Part shown: one piece after another, positions 1-9,742 of the stretch | Layout of the letters: every line of letters starts with the position of its first letter | How positions within the stretch are numbered: position 1 is the first letter of the stretch | Source of the DNA: Verrucomicrobiales bacterium | GTDB taxonomy: Bacteria > Verrucomicrobiota > Verrucomicrobiia > Verrucomicrobiales > V1-33 | Length of the DNA: 64,000 nucleotides | Direction: 5' to 3' | Assembly (NCBI GenBank): GCA_031411295.1 | Contig: JANOAV010000035.1 | Span: forward strand, 1 to 64,000 | The notes under the pieces: model-generated | What the model saw: the letters and a program-made list of their open reading frames with translations, nothing else | What the model was told of the DNA's origin: nothing | The model's database searches: none | Position numbers and translations under genes: made by a program

Positions 1-491
1 GGTTCATCCATATAAAGCACCCGGGCGTCGGCGGCCAGGGCGCGGGCGATTTCCACGCGCTGCCTCATGCCGCCACTGAGTTCACGGGGGTAGGAGCGCT
101 CGAAGCTTGTTAGTCCGACCATTTGGATATAATGCGCCACACGTTCCGCGCGCTCGGTGGCACCGCGCGAGAGTAGTCCAAAGCCAATGTTTTGCTCCAC
201 GGTGAGCCAGGGGAAAACACCGTTTTCTTGAAAGACAAAGATGCGTGCGGGATCGGGTCCGCGCACGGTCGCACCTTCTACGCGCACTTCCCCGCGGGTC
301 TCTTGCAGGAATCCGCCGATGATATTTAGCAAAGTGCTTTTCCCGCAACCTGACGGTCCCACGATGCAGACAAACTCACCGGACTGCACATCACAGTGGA
401 CCCGTTCCAAAACATGGACAGGCTGTTGGGCCGTCTTCCCTGCGAAGGACATCCAGGTGTCACGAACGGAAATAGTGGGTGATGTTTTCAT
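1..491 (-). CDS. NitT/TauT-family ABC transporter ATP-binding subunit (runs off window start)
   Basis: Manual translation from ATG at 491: MKTSPTISVRD...GPSGCGKST (Walker A)...LSGGMRQR (signature)...LYMDEP (Walker B). Starts 2 nt after the permease stop. Not in the ORF track because no stop lies in the window. Confidence 0.93.
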   Translation of the reverse strand, partial: MKTSPTISVRDTWMSFAGKTAQQPVHVLERVHCDVQSGEFVCIVGPSGCGKSTLLNIIGGFLQETRGEVRVEGATVRGPDPARIFVFQENGVFPWLTVEQNIGFGLLSRGATERAERVAHYIQMVGLTSFERSYPRELSGGMRQRVEIARALAADARVLYMDE

Positions 492-492
492 A

Positions 493-1293
493 TTAACGTT
501 GGCCATAGCCCCAGCGAACTTCATCAAATTTCTCCAAACGACGGACGAGTAAATCCAGCACCAGACCGATGAGGCCGATCATGACCATGCCAGCGACAAC
601 CAGGTCATAACGTTTCCCTGCATTCCGGGCGTCGATGATGAGATAGCCAAGTCCACTGTTCACTGCGATCATTTCCGCCGCCACCACGACCAGCCAGGCG
701 ACGCCCAGCGCGATGCGAATTCCGGTAATGATTTGCGGCAGGGCAGCCGGTAAAATCACCCGCCGGAAGAGCGACGTGCCAGAAAGCCCAAAATTCTGTG
801 CAGCGCGCAAATACACTTGCTGCATATTTTGCACAGCCGCCATGGCAGAGACAGTGATGGGAAAGACACTGGCAAGAAAAATGAGGAAAATGGGAGCCGT
901 GTCCTTCACGCCGAACCACAGGATCGCGACGGGGATCCAGGCAATCGGAGAGATGGGCCGGAGAATCTGAATGAAGGGATTGAAGGCAGTAAAGGCTGAC
1001 TTGAACCAGCCCAAGATCAGCCCCAGCGGCACCCCCACTAACACCGCGAGCCCAAAGCCCCAGCTAACACGGAATAAGGACGCGACAATGTATTTCAATA
1101 GTAAGCCCTGGCTCGCAAGTTCACCAAGGCCACTCCAAACTTGGCGTGGCGTAGGAAAGATATCGCTGCCGGACCAAACGACGGCCCCATGCCAGGCGGC
1201 CAGGAAAACAATTCCCACAATGCTGGGAAGGATGATCTGGGCGGAGGTAAACTTTCCTTTACGGACAAAGACTGGTGGAGGGAGATCACTCAT
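493..1293 (-). CDS. NitT/TauT/SsuC-family ABC transporter permease
   Basis: Multiple TM helices, RPISPIAWIP, EAA-like motif (RAAQNFG), VAAEM. Confidence 0.93.
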   Translation of the reverse strand: MSDLPPPVFVRKGKFTSAQIILPSIVGIVFLAAWHGAVVWSGSDIFPTPRQVWSGLGELASQGLLLKYIVASLFRVSWGFGLAVLVGVPLGLILGWFKSAFTAFNPFIQILRPISPIAWIPVAILWFGVKDTAPIFLIFLASVFPITVSAMAAVQNMQQVYLRAAQNFGLSGTSLFRRVILPAALPQIITGIRIALGVAWLVVVAAEMIAVNSGLGYLIIDARNAGKRYDLVVAGMVMIGLIGLVLDLLVRRLEKFDEVRWGYGQR

Positions 1294-2402
1294 TTCTTTA
1301 CTTCAAAATTTGGTGCCGGCATGGCCGAGGCTTCTGGAGTGAATGAGTCATCCACGTAATCCTCAAAATGGGCCGTGCCCTGGAGAATACCCGCCTCCTT
1401 GGCTAATTTCTCGATCTCTTCGAAGTCCGCCCGCAGTGGCGAGAGTCGAGTATAGGTTACACGATCCGGCGGCTTGCTAAGCACGAAACTAAGCAGCCGG
1501 GGATTCTGGTTGTAATAGTTCTCCGAGACAAACTTGGCGGCATCCATACGGTGGTCCATGCTTTGATCCACCCACTTACCGCTAGCGGCAATGCCATTGA
1601 CTAATTTCTGAATATCCGCCCGGTGATCCCGGATGGCGTCCTCATGCACTGCGAGCACGCAGGAAATGAACCCAGGCCACACATCCTTGGCCTGCCAGAG
1701 CACGCGGCCATAACCGTCCAGCTCCGTTTGACCCATGAAAGGCTCCCCGCTGGTGATGGCATCCACAGAACGGGAGAGGAGCGCGGCCGGCATGTCCGGT
1801 GGCGGCATTTCCAGCAAGGTGACATCATCGAATGTCATGCCCACTTTCTTCAGTTCGCGATAAATGATCAGCCGCTGATTGGCGTAGCGACCCGGCACAG
1901 CAATTCGTTTCCCACGCAGATCAGCTGTTTGAAAAATCCCGCTGTCCTTATGCACCATCACTGCCGAGCCATCCCGATGGCCAAGATAAACGATCTTGAT
2001 TCTTACGCCTTGTTCCCGCAACGCGATCGCCATCGGGGCAAGGATGAAAGTGGCGGGCATTTCCAAAGGGCGGCCGATGAACATTTCCTTCAACTCAGGA
2101 AAGGCATTGAAACGCATGGGCTGAAACAAATTCTGCCCCGCCATTTCCTTGTTAATAAAATGGGTCACCGGGCAGGTGAGGTGACACGTCACCGGCAAAA
2201 AGCCGACCCCGAACTTCTTTTCCGCTACACGTCCCGCTTGCTTCGGCTCAAACCAATGCAGATTCAACGAACCATGCATGGCGGTAATGAGCACTAGCCA
2301 GGCAGTAGCAAATAAGGTAAGCGATGGTCCGAATTTCATGATTGGTGCCATTTTGCGCGTCGTCTGTTTATATTGCCAATGCATTATAGTGATGATGGCC
2401 AT
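1290..2402 (-). CDS. NitT/TauT (NrtA/SsuA-like) ABC substrate-binding protein; true start may be a downstream Met
   Basis: N-terminal hydrophobic segment, GFLPVT, DLRGKRIAVP and EPF motifs; overlaps the permease start. Confidence 0.88.
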   Translation of the reverse strand: MAIITIMHWQYKQTTRKMAPIMKFGPSLTLFATAWLVLITAMHGSLNLHWFEPKQAGRVAEKKFGVGFLPVTCHLTCPVTHFINKEMAGQNLFQPMRFNAFPELKEMFIGRPLEMPATFILAPMAIALREQGVRIKIVYLGHRDGSAVMVHKDSGIFQTADLRGKRIAVPGRYANQRLIIYRELKKVGMTFDDVTLLEMPPPDMPAALLSRSVDAITSGEPFMGQTELDGYGRVLWQAKDVWPGFISCVLAVHEDAIRDHRADIQKLVNGIAASGKWVDQSMDHRMDAAKFVSENYYNQNPRLLSFVLSKPPDRVTYTRLSPLRADFEEIEKLAKEAGILQGTAHFEDYVDDSFTPEASAMPAPNFEVKK

Positions 2403-2643
2403 GCCGAATCAGCATGAAGAATTCCTGCCTGTAGAGCGATTCTCAGCCTCTGGCTAGAGTGGGAGGCATTAAGTTTTACGGCGTGATTTCGATCAGATCT
2501 TGCGACTCTCCTCACAACTAGCAGCCGCTCCCAATAGTTCACGAAACCGTCTTTACGTAGGAGGCGCGGCGGGAACCTCCGCTACTGGCGCCACGCGGCG
2601 TTTTTTGCCGCTGCTTATTCCCAACTAAAACCCCACTAGTTAC

Positions 2644-2797
2644 ATGAAAATTCTCTTTCTGCTGGCTTCACCACCCGGGTGAACGCTCAGCAAAAGACTG
2701 CCGATGGTTTCGTCTCGTTGTTCAATGGCAAGACCTTGGATGGTTGGAAGTCCGACGATGAAGACAAGGACAAGAAAATCTTCTCCGTCAGCAATGT
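2644..2797 (+). pseudogene. Frameshifted, truncated DUF1080-type (3-keto-disaccharide hydrolase-like) gene remnant
   Basis: ATG-KILFLLA signal start stops early. A second frame gives DGFVSLFNGKTLDGWK, a typical DUF1080 N-terminus, then runs into the hisF 3' end. Confidence 0.65.
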
Positions 2798-2809
2798 TCA
2801 TGTGCGGCC

Positions 2810-3574
2810 CTATTCCAACAAGCGCACGGGCACGCCTTGCGCGGCCAAGGCGCGTTTCACGTCGCCCACGGTCATTTCTCCGAAATGGAAAATGCTAGCA
2901 GCTAAAACGGCGTCTGCGCGACCAGCTTCGAGGACGTCCACCATGTGCTCGACGCTGCCGGCTCCGCCACTGGCAATGACGGGAATGTTCACGGCGGCAT
3001 TGACGGCTTGATAGAGGGCGATGTCGTAGCCGGCTTTGGTGCCGTCTGCGTCCATGCTGGTTAGCAAAATTTCTCCGGCACCACGTTCCGCTGCTTCACG
3101 TGCCCAAGCCACGGCATCCAGTTCGGTGGGGGTGCGACCGCCGGCGGTATAGACGCGCCAAGTGCCATCGCCATTACGCTTGGCATCAATGGCGACGACG
3201 ATGCATTGGGAACCGAACGTTTCTGCGCCCCGATTGATCAAGGCCGGATCGTAAACGGCGGCGGAGTTGATGCTGACTTTGTCCGCCCCTGCTTGGAGCA
3301 TGATTTTCATGTCCGCCACGCTGCGGATGCCGCCACCCACGGTTAAGGGCATGAAGCAGCGCTCAGCCGTGCGCGCCACCACGTCCACCATGGTTCCGCG
3401 ATTATCCGAGGTGGCGGTGATGTCGAGGAAGACCAACTCGTCCGCGCCCTGATTATTATAGGCTACGGCACATTCCACCGGATCACCAGCATCGCGTAGT
3501 TCAAGGAATTTGGTGCCTTTGACGACACGGCCAGCGGTGACATCGAGACAGGGGATAATGCGTTTGGTGAGCAT
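2810..3574 (-). CDS. hisF: Imidazole glycerol phosphate synthase cyclase subunit
   Basis: [43 protein letters not shown]. Confidence 0.98.
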   Translation of the reverse strand: MLTKRIIPCLDVTAGRVVKGTKFLELRDAGDPVECAVAYNNQGADELVFLDITATSDNRGTMVDVVARTAERCFMPLTVGGGIRSVADMKIMLQAGADKVSINSAAVYDPALINRGAETFGSQCIVVAIDAKRNGDGTWRVYTAGGRTPTELDAVAWAREAAERGAGEILLTSMDADGTKAGYDIALYQAVNAAVNIPVIASGGAGSVEHMVDVLEAGRADAVLAASIFHFGEMTVGDVKRALAAQGVPVRLLE

Positions 3575-3617
3575 GTAAGTTAACGGGAAGAGATGGGGGA
3601 GTGGCAGATGGGTGGTG

Positions 3618-4418
3618 TCATTCCGACTTGGAAGCAACCATTTTCCCAATCTCCGTCAGGGATGGGTAATCGACGCTGTGCAAATATAAACCACCAGCGG
3701 GAGCCACGTGGCGGCATTTCTGACCGTTTGGGTGCTCCAATAATCCCTGGAGCCAACTGAGCGGAGCACGACGGTTGCCGACCCGAAAGAGGCCTCCCGT
3801 CAGCAATCGGACCATTTTATAAAGGAAGCCTTCGCCATGAAACCGCAGTGTTAGGAAATCTTCGCTTTCCACCAATTCGATCGCCCAGAGCGTGCGCACC
3901 GCATACCCGGGAAGGCCTTCCTTGCCATCGCGTCGATTGGCAGCAAAGGCCGCGAAATCGTGCCTCCCCAGGATAATATCGCGCGCCTCCTGCAAGACTG
4001 AAAGATCCAAATCATAGGGCATGTGCCAGGCGCGCTCGAATTCCAGCGGCGGCAAAATGGGTGCCCGGCAGACCCGGTAGTCGTAACGTTTGCCGATGGC
4101 GCTGTATTGCGCATGAAATTGCTCTGGCACTGACTCGCAAGCCATGACTCGCAGATGCGGAACGAGGACCGCATTGAGTCCACGCACCCAGGCCGCACCG
4201 TCCATGCGGAACCCGGCAGGAGCCTCGAAATGGGCTACTTGCCCGTAGGCATGCACCCCCGCGTCCGTGCGGCCGGCGCCATAGACGCGGACTTCGGGCA
4301 CCTTCATTACCCGTGCTAGGGCCACCTCCAGCACGTCCTGGGCTCCGCCTCCGTGGGGTTGGCTTTGCCATCCCGTGAAGGCGCGTCCGTCGTAAGCCAG
4401 AGTGAGTTTAAAGCGCAT
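3618..4418 (-). CDS. truA: tRNA pseudouridine(38-40) synthase
   Basis: [28 protein letters not shown]. Confidence 0.97.
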   Translation of the reverse strand: MRFKLTLAYDGRAFTGWQSQPHGGGAQDVLEVALARVMKVPEVRVYGAGRTDAGVHAYGQVAHFEAPAGFRMDGAAWVRGLNAVLVPHLRVMACESVPEQFHAQYSAIGKRYDYRVCRAPILPPLEFERAWHMPYDLDLSVLQEARDIILGRHDFAAFAANRRDGKEGLPGYAVRTLWAIELVESEDFLTLRFHGEGFLYKMVRLLTGGLFRVGNRRAPLSWLQGLLEHPNGQKCRHVAPAGGLYLHSVDYPSLTEIGKMVASKSE

Positions 4419-4527
4419 GTAGTGGTGGGGAGTCAAGCGCGGAGGCTGCGGGAAGCAACCGGGAAACCACGGAGGCGGTGACCGGAATTTGGTTTGCGCG
4501 GTGAAATCCCCCGGGTTTAGTTCCAGC

Positions 4528-5190
4528 ATGGTTGACTATCACAAACGAATCATTGCCCCATCCCTGCTGGCTGCTGACTGGAGCCGCCTAGCGGAAGACT
4601 GTTCCCGTGCCATCCGCGCTGGAGCGGATTGGCTGCACTTGGACATCATGGATGGCCATTTTGTGGATAACATTTCCTTCGGACCACAGTTTGTGGCCAC
4701 GATTCATAGGACGAATGACATTTGGTTGGACGTGCACCTGATGATTTCCCGGCCGGATCATTTTTTGGACCGCTTCATCAAGGCTGGGGCGGATAACATC
4801 ACGGTGCATGTGGAAGCGGAGCACAACGTGGCGGAAACACTGCAACGCATTCGCGAGGCCGGCTGCACGTGCGGTCTGGCGGTGAATGCAGACACGGATT
4901 TTGCGGCTGTGGAGCCATTTTTGGACAAAATTGATTTACTGCTAGTGATGACCGTGCGCGCGGGTTTCGGCGGGCAATCGTTGATTCCAGAAACGCTGGA
5001 AAAGGTGAAAGCCGGCCGTGAATATCGGGAAAAACATGGGCTGAATTACCACATCGAGGTGGATGGTGGGATCTATCTCCACACGCTGCCGGACGTGCTG
5101 ACCGCCGGGGCCAACGCCATCGTGGCGGGCACGGCGTTGTTTGGTGCAGCGGATATGGAGGGGGAAATTAGGAAGATGCGGGCGCTGTAG
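4528..5190 (+). CDS. rpe: Ribulose-phosphate 3-epimerase
   Basis: IAPSLLAAD, HLDIMDGHFV, DVHLM, GFGGQ, EVDGGI. Confidence 0.97.
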   Translation: MVDYHKRIIAPSLLAADWSRLAEDCSRAIRAGADWLHLDIMDGHFVDNISFGPQFVATIHRTNDIWLDVHLMISRPDHFLDRFIKAGADNITVHVEAEHNVAETLQRIREAGCTCGLAVNADTDFAAVEPFLDKIDLLLVMTVRAGFGGQSLIPETLEKVKAGREYREKHGLNYHIEVDGGIYLHTLPDVLTAGANAIVAGTALFGAADMEGEIRKMRAL

Positions 5191-5202
5191 CAGTCCTCTC
5201 CT

Positions 5203-6063
5203 ATGAAGACAGACGTCCTATTTCACCAGATTTTCAAACTCCACCCGGAGTGGATTTACGATTTGCTGGGCGAGCCGTGCCCAGGCCCTTGCACGTTCGA
5301 GTCCATTACTGTGAAGCAGTTGGAAAGGCGCTTGGATGGCTTCGTGCAGCCGAGAGATGAGAGTAAGGCCCAGGTCGTGGTGGAGTTTCAATTTTACCCG
5401 GATCCATTGATTTACATTCGCACCACAGAGGAGTTGTGTGCGGTGCAACGGCAAGCTCCAGAACGCCCTATTGAAGGTGTCATTTTCTTTGGGGAGCGGA
5501 GTTTGGATCCTCGGACCGCTCCATGGACTCGCAGCATCCGATCTGTCTATTTGATTGAGCTTTGGCAGCAGTGGCAGTCTGAGGCAGCTCCGCATCCCCT
5601 ACTTTCGCTTTTTGCGCCGATTTTTGTTGAGGATGAAATGCAGCTTGAAGCCGAGGCTCCCTTGTTGTATGAATCCGTAGGTTCAGGGGCAACCAGCCCT
5701 GAGGACAGGAAGAAGCTCCAAGACTTGTTCTTTTCCCTCCTAGGCAGCCGCCTGACTCATAAAACCCGCACCGAAATCGCTAAAATGTTACCGATCCGAG
5801 ATCTCAAAGAAACTGTCTGGGGCAAAGAACTCTATGACGAAGGACTGAACGTGGGTGAAGCTCGTGGTGAGGCTCGTGGTGAAGTGAAGGGAAAGGCCAC
5901 CACCCTGGCCCATATCGCGCAAAAGCGTTTCGGCAAGCTTGTCCCGGCAGTGATCGATTCCATTTATAGCTTGGATTTCATCCAATTAGAGAGTCTGGAG
6001 GAAGTGCTTTTGGATTTGGTGGATGCCAGCGCACTGAAGGCTTGGCTCGATGGGCATAAGTAA
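5203..6063 (+). CDS. Rpn/DUF2887-family PD-(D/E)xK protein with DUF4351-like C-terminus
   Basis: MKTD..F..IF start, RLDG...VEFQ motif, GEARGEARGE repeat, helical C-terminal domain ending AWL. Confidence 0.85.
   Translation: MKTDVLFHQIFKLHPEWIYDLLGEPCPGPCTFESITVKQLERRLDGFVQPRDESKAQVVVEFQFYPDPLIYIRTTEELCAVQRQAPERPIEGVIFFGERSLDPRTAPWTRSIRSVYLIELWQQWQSEAAPHPLLSLFAPIFVEDEMQLEAEAPLLYESVGSGATSPEDRKKLQDLFFSLLGSRLTHKTRTEIAKMLPIRDLKETVWGKELYDEGLNVGEARGEARGEVKGKATTLAHIAQKRFGKLVPAVIDSIYSLDFIQLESLEEVLLDLVDASALKAWLDGHK
5854..5884 (+). repeat. 12-bp tandem repeat (~2.6 copies) encoding GEAR
   Basis: ggtgaagctcgt ggtgaggctcgt ggtgaag. Confidence 0.9.
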
Positions 6064-6994
6064 CCTAACGCGAATTTGCTGGTTAGCGGCATTGTTGGCG
6101 TGCCCTGCTGCGAAGGCTGGGGAATCTCGTGTTTTTGTTTTGCCACAGCCATTGCCCGCCATCACGATAGGCAATGCTGAAATGTTCCAAGCGATATTCG
6201 CTCAAATCCCCAAGGAAACCCAGGTCTTGCCAACCGAGCACTATTTCTATTGGCAGGGTGTTAGCGAGGGCAAGTCTGTGCGGGGAAATCTACGTTTCGC
6301 CAACGGCTTGCGGGAACGGGGGGAACTCAGTTTTAGCTATACTTGCGGTGAATTTTCGGCCAGTCCACATTTTACCGCAAAGGACGGGGTCATCCTAACT
6401 TGCGAGGATGCCTTTACGGTCGTTTTGCAGTCGGCAGGTCGGACCGTAAAATTCCACCTCCATGAACTTCCCCAGACCCCGCCGTCGGCCTCCCAGTTGC
6501 TACCCGGAGAGCAATTCGTCGAACGCACGTGTGACGAGAGCGGACTGCGATTCTATCTGATCTACCAGCGCGAGGGGAACTGCTTCAACTGGCTGCTGGA
6601 CGAGGCAACGCCGGGAAACTTCGTTCCCCTGGAGGGGAATCTGCACCATGAGACCCGCACGGATTTCGTCTTCGAAATCACGCCGCAGCGGAAATTGCTA
6701 GTGGGGGTGAAGCAGTCACATGTTAGAGCGAATGACGCTTACGATGGCCCGTTCGATCAACTGGCGGATAATTATGCCGAGGCCTCGGGGCGCCAGGCGC
6801 TCTTGGAAAAGGCCGTGCCGGAATGTGCTGGGAGGATCGATGCTTGGGGAAATTATCGAGACACAGAGAAGCCCCAGCGGGTTGGATTGGTGCCGTATTT
6901 CATTTATCCGAATCTCCAGGAAATGAAGGCTTGGCGGAAGCGGCTGCCAGCGGGCGGGTGGCTGGAACGATACGTTTCGCGCCAAGGGAAATGA
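6050..6994 (+). CDS. Hypothetical exported protein
   Basis: 314-aa ORF with signal peptide-like N-terminus; no recognised motif. Confidence 0.7.
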   Translation: MGISNLTRICWLAALLACPAAKAGESRVFVLPQPLPAITIGNAEMFQAIFAQIPKETQVLPTEHYFYWQGVSEGKSVRGNLRFANGLRERGELSFSYTCGEFSASPHFTAKDGVILTCEDAFTVVLQSAGRTVKFHLHELPQTPPSASQLLPGEQFVERTCDESGLRFYLIYQREGNCFNWLLDEATPGNFVPLEGNLHHETRTDFVFEITPQRKLLVGVKQSHVRANDAYDGPFDQLADNYAEASGRQALLEKAVPECAGRIDAWGNYRDTEKPQRVGLVPYFIYPNLQEMKAWRKRLPAGGWLERYVSRQGK

Positions 6995-7112
6995 GCGCCA
7001 ACGGGGGGACGTAAAATCATCTCTTATCTTCTGGCGGGGGCGAAGGTTTATGATACACTCCCGGCAACTGGAGTTAAAAATCATTAGATTCCGGTGAATC
7101 CACTACCAACCC

Positions 7113-9713
7113 GTGATCCCTGGAGCTGCCAACCTGAAACCAACCATGCCCCCGCGTGCCCCTGCCGTGAAAGCGGTGAAAAAGCCGCAGGTGCCGGATC
7201 ATGAAGTCATGCGGTGCATCGGCCGCGGCTCCTATGGCGAGGTGTGGCTGGCCCGAGGCGTGACGGGGGCCTGGCGGGCCGTGAAAGTGGTGCGACGCGA
7301 GGACTTTGAATCCGAGCGAACCTTCGAGCGTGAGTTCCAAGGGATCTTGAGTTTTGAACCGATTAGCCGGGATCATGAGGGGTTGGTTGATATTCTGCAT
7401 GTAGGGCGGAATGTGGAGGAGGGCTTTTACTTTTATGTGATGGAATTGGCGGATGATCGCGAGTCCGGCGTGAAGATCAATGTGGTGGATTACGAGCCGC
7501 ACACGCTGAGTTCGGATAAGGTGCGGAAGGTGAAACTTTCCTTGGATGAGGTCGTGGATATCGGCATCGCCCTGTCCGACGCCCTGTCGCACTTGCATGG
7601 TCAAGGGCTCAGCCACCGGGACATTAAGCCCAGCAACATTATCTTCGTGCAGAAGCGGGCCAAGTTGGCGGACATCGGACTGGTGGCTCAGTCGGGCCAG
7701 CAGACGTATGTGGGGACGGAGGGCTTCGTGCCACCGGAAGGCCCTGGGAGTAGCCAAGCGGACGTTTACAGCCTGGGCATGGTGCTCTATGAAATTAGCA
7801 CGGGGAAGGATCGGCTGGCGTTTCCCGAGCTACCAGAGGATCCGCGCGGTAACGCCGAGAAGAAACGCTGGCGCATGTTGAACTCCGTCATCTGCAAAGC
7901 CTGTGACCCGATGCCGAGACGGCGTTTCGGCTCTGCCAAACACCTCTCGGATGCTCTGCGCCAAGTCCGCAAAGGGAAATACCATCGGCCCATTCTGCCG
8001 CGCGCGCTGAAGATTTTCGCGCTGAGCGCGGTGGCCTCCTTTGGCTTGGTGGCGGCCCGCACGCAGACGATGCCCTGGCCCCCGGGGGTGGTGGCCAACC
8101 GCCTGTCTGCCGTGACCCTGCCGGAGACCAAGCCCCGACGGAGCTTACCCACCACTGCGGTGGTGAAGATCGTCACTCGGCCAGCCGGAGCCAGCGTCTT
8201 TGCCGCTGGTAAAAAACTGGGTAAGACCCCGCTGGAACTCAACAATCAGCCACTTGGGAAAGCCACCTTTTCCCTCCGACTCGAGAATTATCTCCCGCTG
8301 GAAGTGGAACGCACCCTGGAACCGGAAGGAAATTTACCAATCGATTACGACCTTTTGGCAGCTCCTCCCTCCCCACAGAAGGAATGGGAGAATTCCGTGG
8401 GCATGAAATTTTTGCCAAAAAAGGACTGGCATGAATCCGAGAGTTTGGTGACCTACGATCAGTTTCTCAATCTGGTGGGCTATGCGCCCACTAACTTGGT
8501 TCCGGAAACGAATGCCGTGCGCATTCCTCGTGAGGAAGCGATGACTTTCTGTGAGGAATTGCTGAAGAAGGACCTCGAAGCTGGACGATTGGAACCGGAG
8601 CAGCATCTTTACCGACCCTTAGCGGTTCAGCTTCCTGACGTGGAGCCGCCAACCGAGGATGCCAAGGATCACATTGTCTTCCACGTCATCCTGCAACGGC
8701 AGGAATTTGGTGATATTTATGTGGAGAGCAACCCTCCCGGTGCCAGTATCTATGACGGTGACCGTCTGCTCGGGATCACTCCAAAGAACCTCGTCAAACA
8801 TCAGAGCGGGCCCTATGAGTTCACCCTGCGCCTGCTGGGATATGACGATTTGATGCTCACCGGCTCCCTGGATAGTAAGCAAAAACTGGTGCTCAGCCGC
8901 CCCCTGATCAGATCCCGCCAGGCTATCTTCGGGATGCCCTTCGAGAATGAACTCGGCATGAAGTTCGCACCGGTGGGTGGGAGCCTGCTGGTTTCCGTTT
9001 GGGAAACCCGGGTGCGGGATTTTGCGGCATTCCTCAGTGCCACTGGAGCCCCTGAACATACCGTGGGCTGGGAGCAAACTCCAGAGCATCCGGTAGCCCG
9101 GATCAACCGGGAACAGGCACAGAAATTTTGCCAATGGCTTACGGAGGTCGATCACGGCAAGGGATTACTGCCGAAGAACCTTGAGTATCGTCTCCCGAAA
9201 GATAAAGAATGGAGTTTGGCGGCGGATCTTCCCGAACGGAATCTGGATGATCCATCGATGTTAGACAAAGGGGCCCGCGCCAACTACGTCTGGGGTGTCA
9301 ACCTGTGGCCGCCCCCAGTTGAAAAGGGAAGGCAACCGGGCAACTTTTCCGATATTTCCCGCCTCAAGTTAGGGCCGGACGGCAAACCGATAGATAAGGA
9401 TGCCAAACGTGAGCTGACCTTGGAAAAGGAGAAATATGACGACGGCTACGTTTATACCGCCCCCGTCGGAAGTTTCGTGCCGAATCGTTTTGGGATTTAC
9501 GACTTGGCGGGCAACGTTGCTGAGTGGGTCACTGATAATTATGGCGCGAAGTTTCCGGATCACGGCATCACCCGCGGCGGGAGCTGGGATGATGGTAAAA
9601 CGGAAGATGGCCAGCACCTAATGCTCTTAGCCAGCAGCCGCAAGGCCATCAAGCCCGACCTGCAAGACGGTCCCTATGGGTTCCGTTGTGTGATTGCGAA
9701 GAAGGCGGAGTGA
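7113..9713 (+). CDS. Membrane Hanks-type Ser/Thr kinase with PEGA and FGE/SUMF1-like extracellular domains
   Basis: IGRGSYGEV, AVK, HRDIKPSN, DIG, GTEGFVPPE; one TM; two PEGA (xPxGA) units; PNRFGIYDLAGNVAEW, RGGSW, GFRCV. Confidence 0.92.
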   Translation: MIPGAANLKPTMPPRAPAVKAVKKPQVPDHEVMRCIGRGSYGEVWLARGVTGAWRAVKVVRREDFESERTFEREFQGILSFEPISRDHEGLVDILHVGRNVEEGFYFYVMELADDRESGVKINVVDYEPHTLSSDKVRKVKLSLDEVVDIGIALSDALSHLHGQGLSHRDIKPSNIIFVQKRAKLADIGLVAQSGQQTYVGTEGFVPPEGPGSSQADVYSLGMVLYEISTGKDRLAFPELPEDPRGNAEKKRWRMLNSVICKACDPMPRRRFGSAKHLSDALRQVRKGKYHRPILPRALKIFALSAVASFGLVAARTQTMPWPPGVVANRLSAVTLPETKPRRSLPTTAVVKIVTRPAGASVFAAGKKLGKTPLELNNQPLGKATFSLRLENYLPLEVERTLEPEGNLPIDYDLLAAPPSPQKEWENSVGMKFLPKKDWHESESLVTYDQFLNLVGYAPTNLVPETNAVRIPREEAMTFCEELLKKDLEAGRLEPEQHLYRPLAVQLPDVEPPTEDAKDHIVFHVILQRQEFGDIYVESNPPGASIYDGDRLLGITPKNLVKHQSGPYEFTLRLLGYDDLMLTGSLDSKQKLVLSRPLIRSRQAIFGMPFENELGMKFAPVGGSLLVSVWETRVRDFAAFLSATGAPEHTVGWEQTPEHPVARINREQAQKFCQWLTEVDHGKGLLPKNLEYRLPKDKEWSLAADLPERNLDDPSMLDKGARANYVWGVNLWPPPVEKGRQPGNFSDISRLKLGPDGKPIDKDAKRELTLEKEKYDDGYVYTAPVGSFVPNRFGIYDLAGNVAEWVTDNYGAKFPDHGITRGGSWDDGKTEDGQHLMLLASSRKAIKPDLQDGPYGFRCVIAKKAE

Positions 9714-9742
9714 ACGCGGTTTGGCGGCCCCCGGGAGGTCGG

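Noticed and set aside
2483..2496. FNR-like GTGAT-N4-ATCAG upstream of the ABC operon
   Set aside because: Two mismatches to consensus; could be chance
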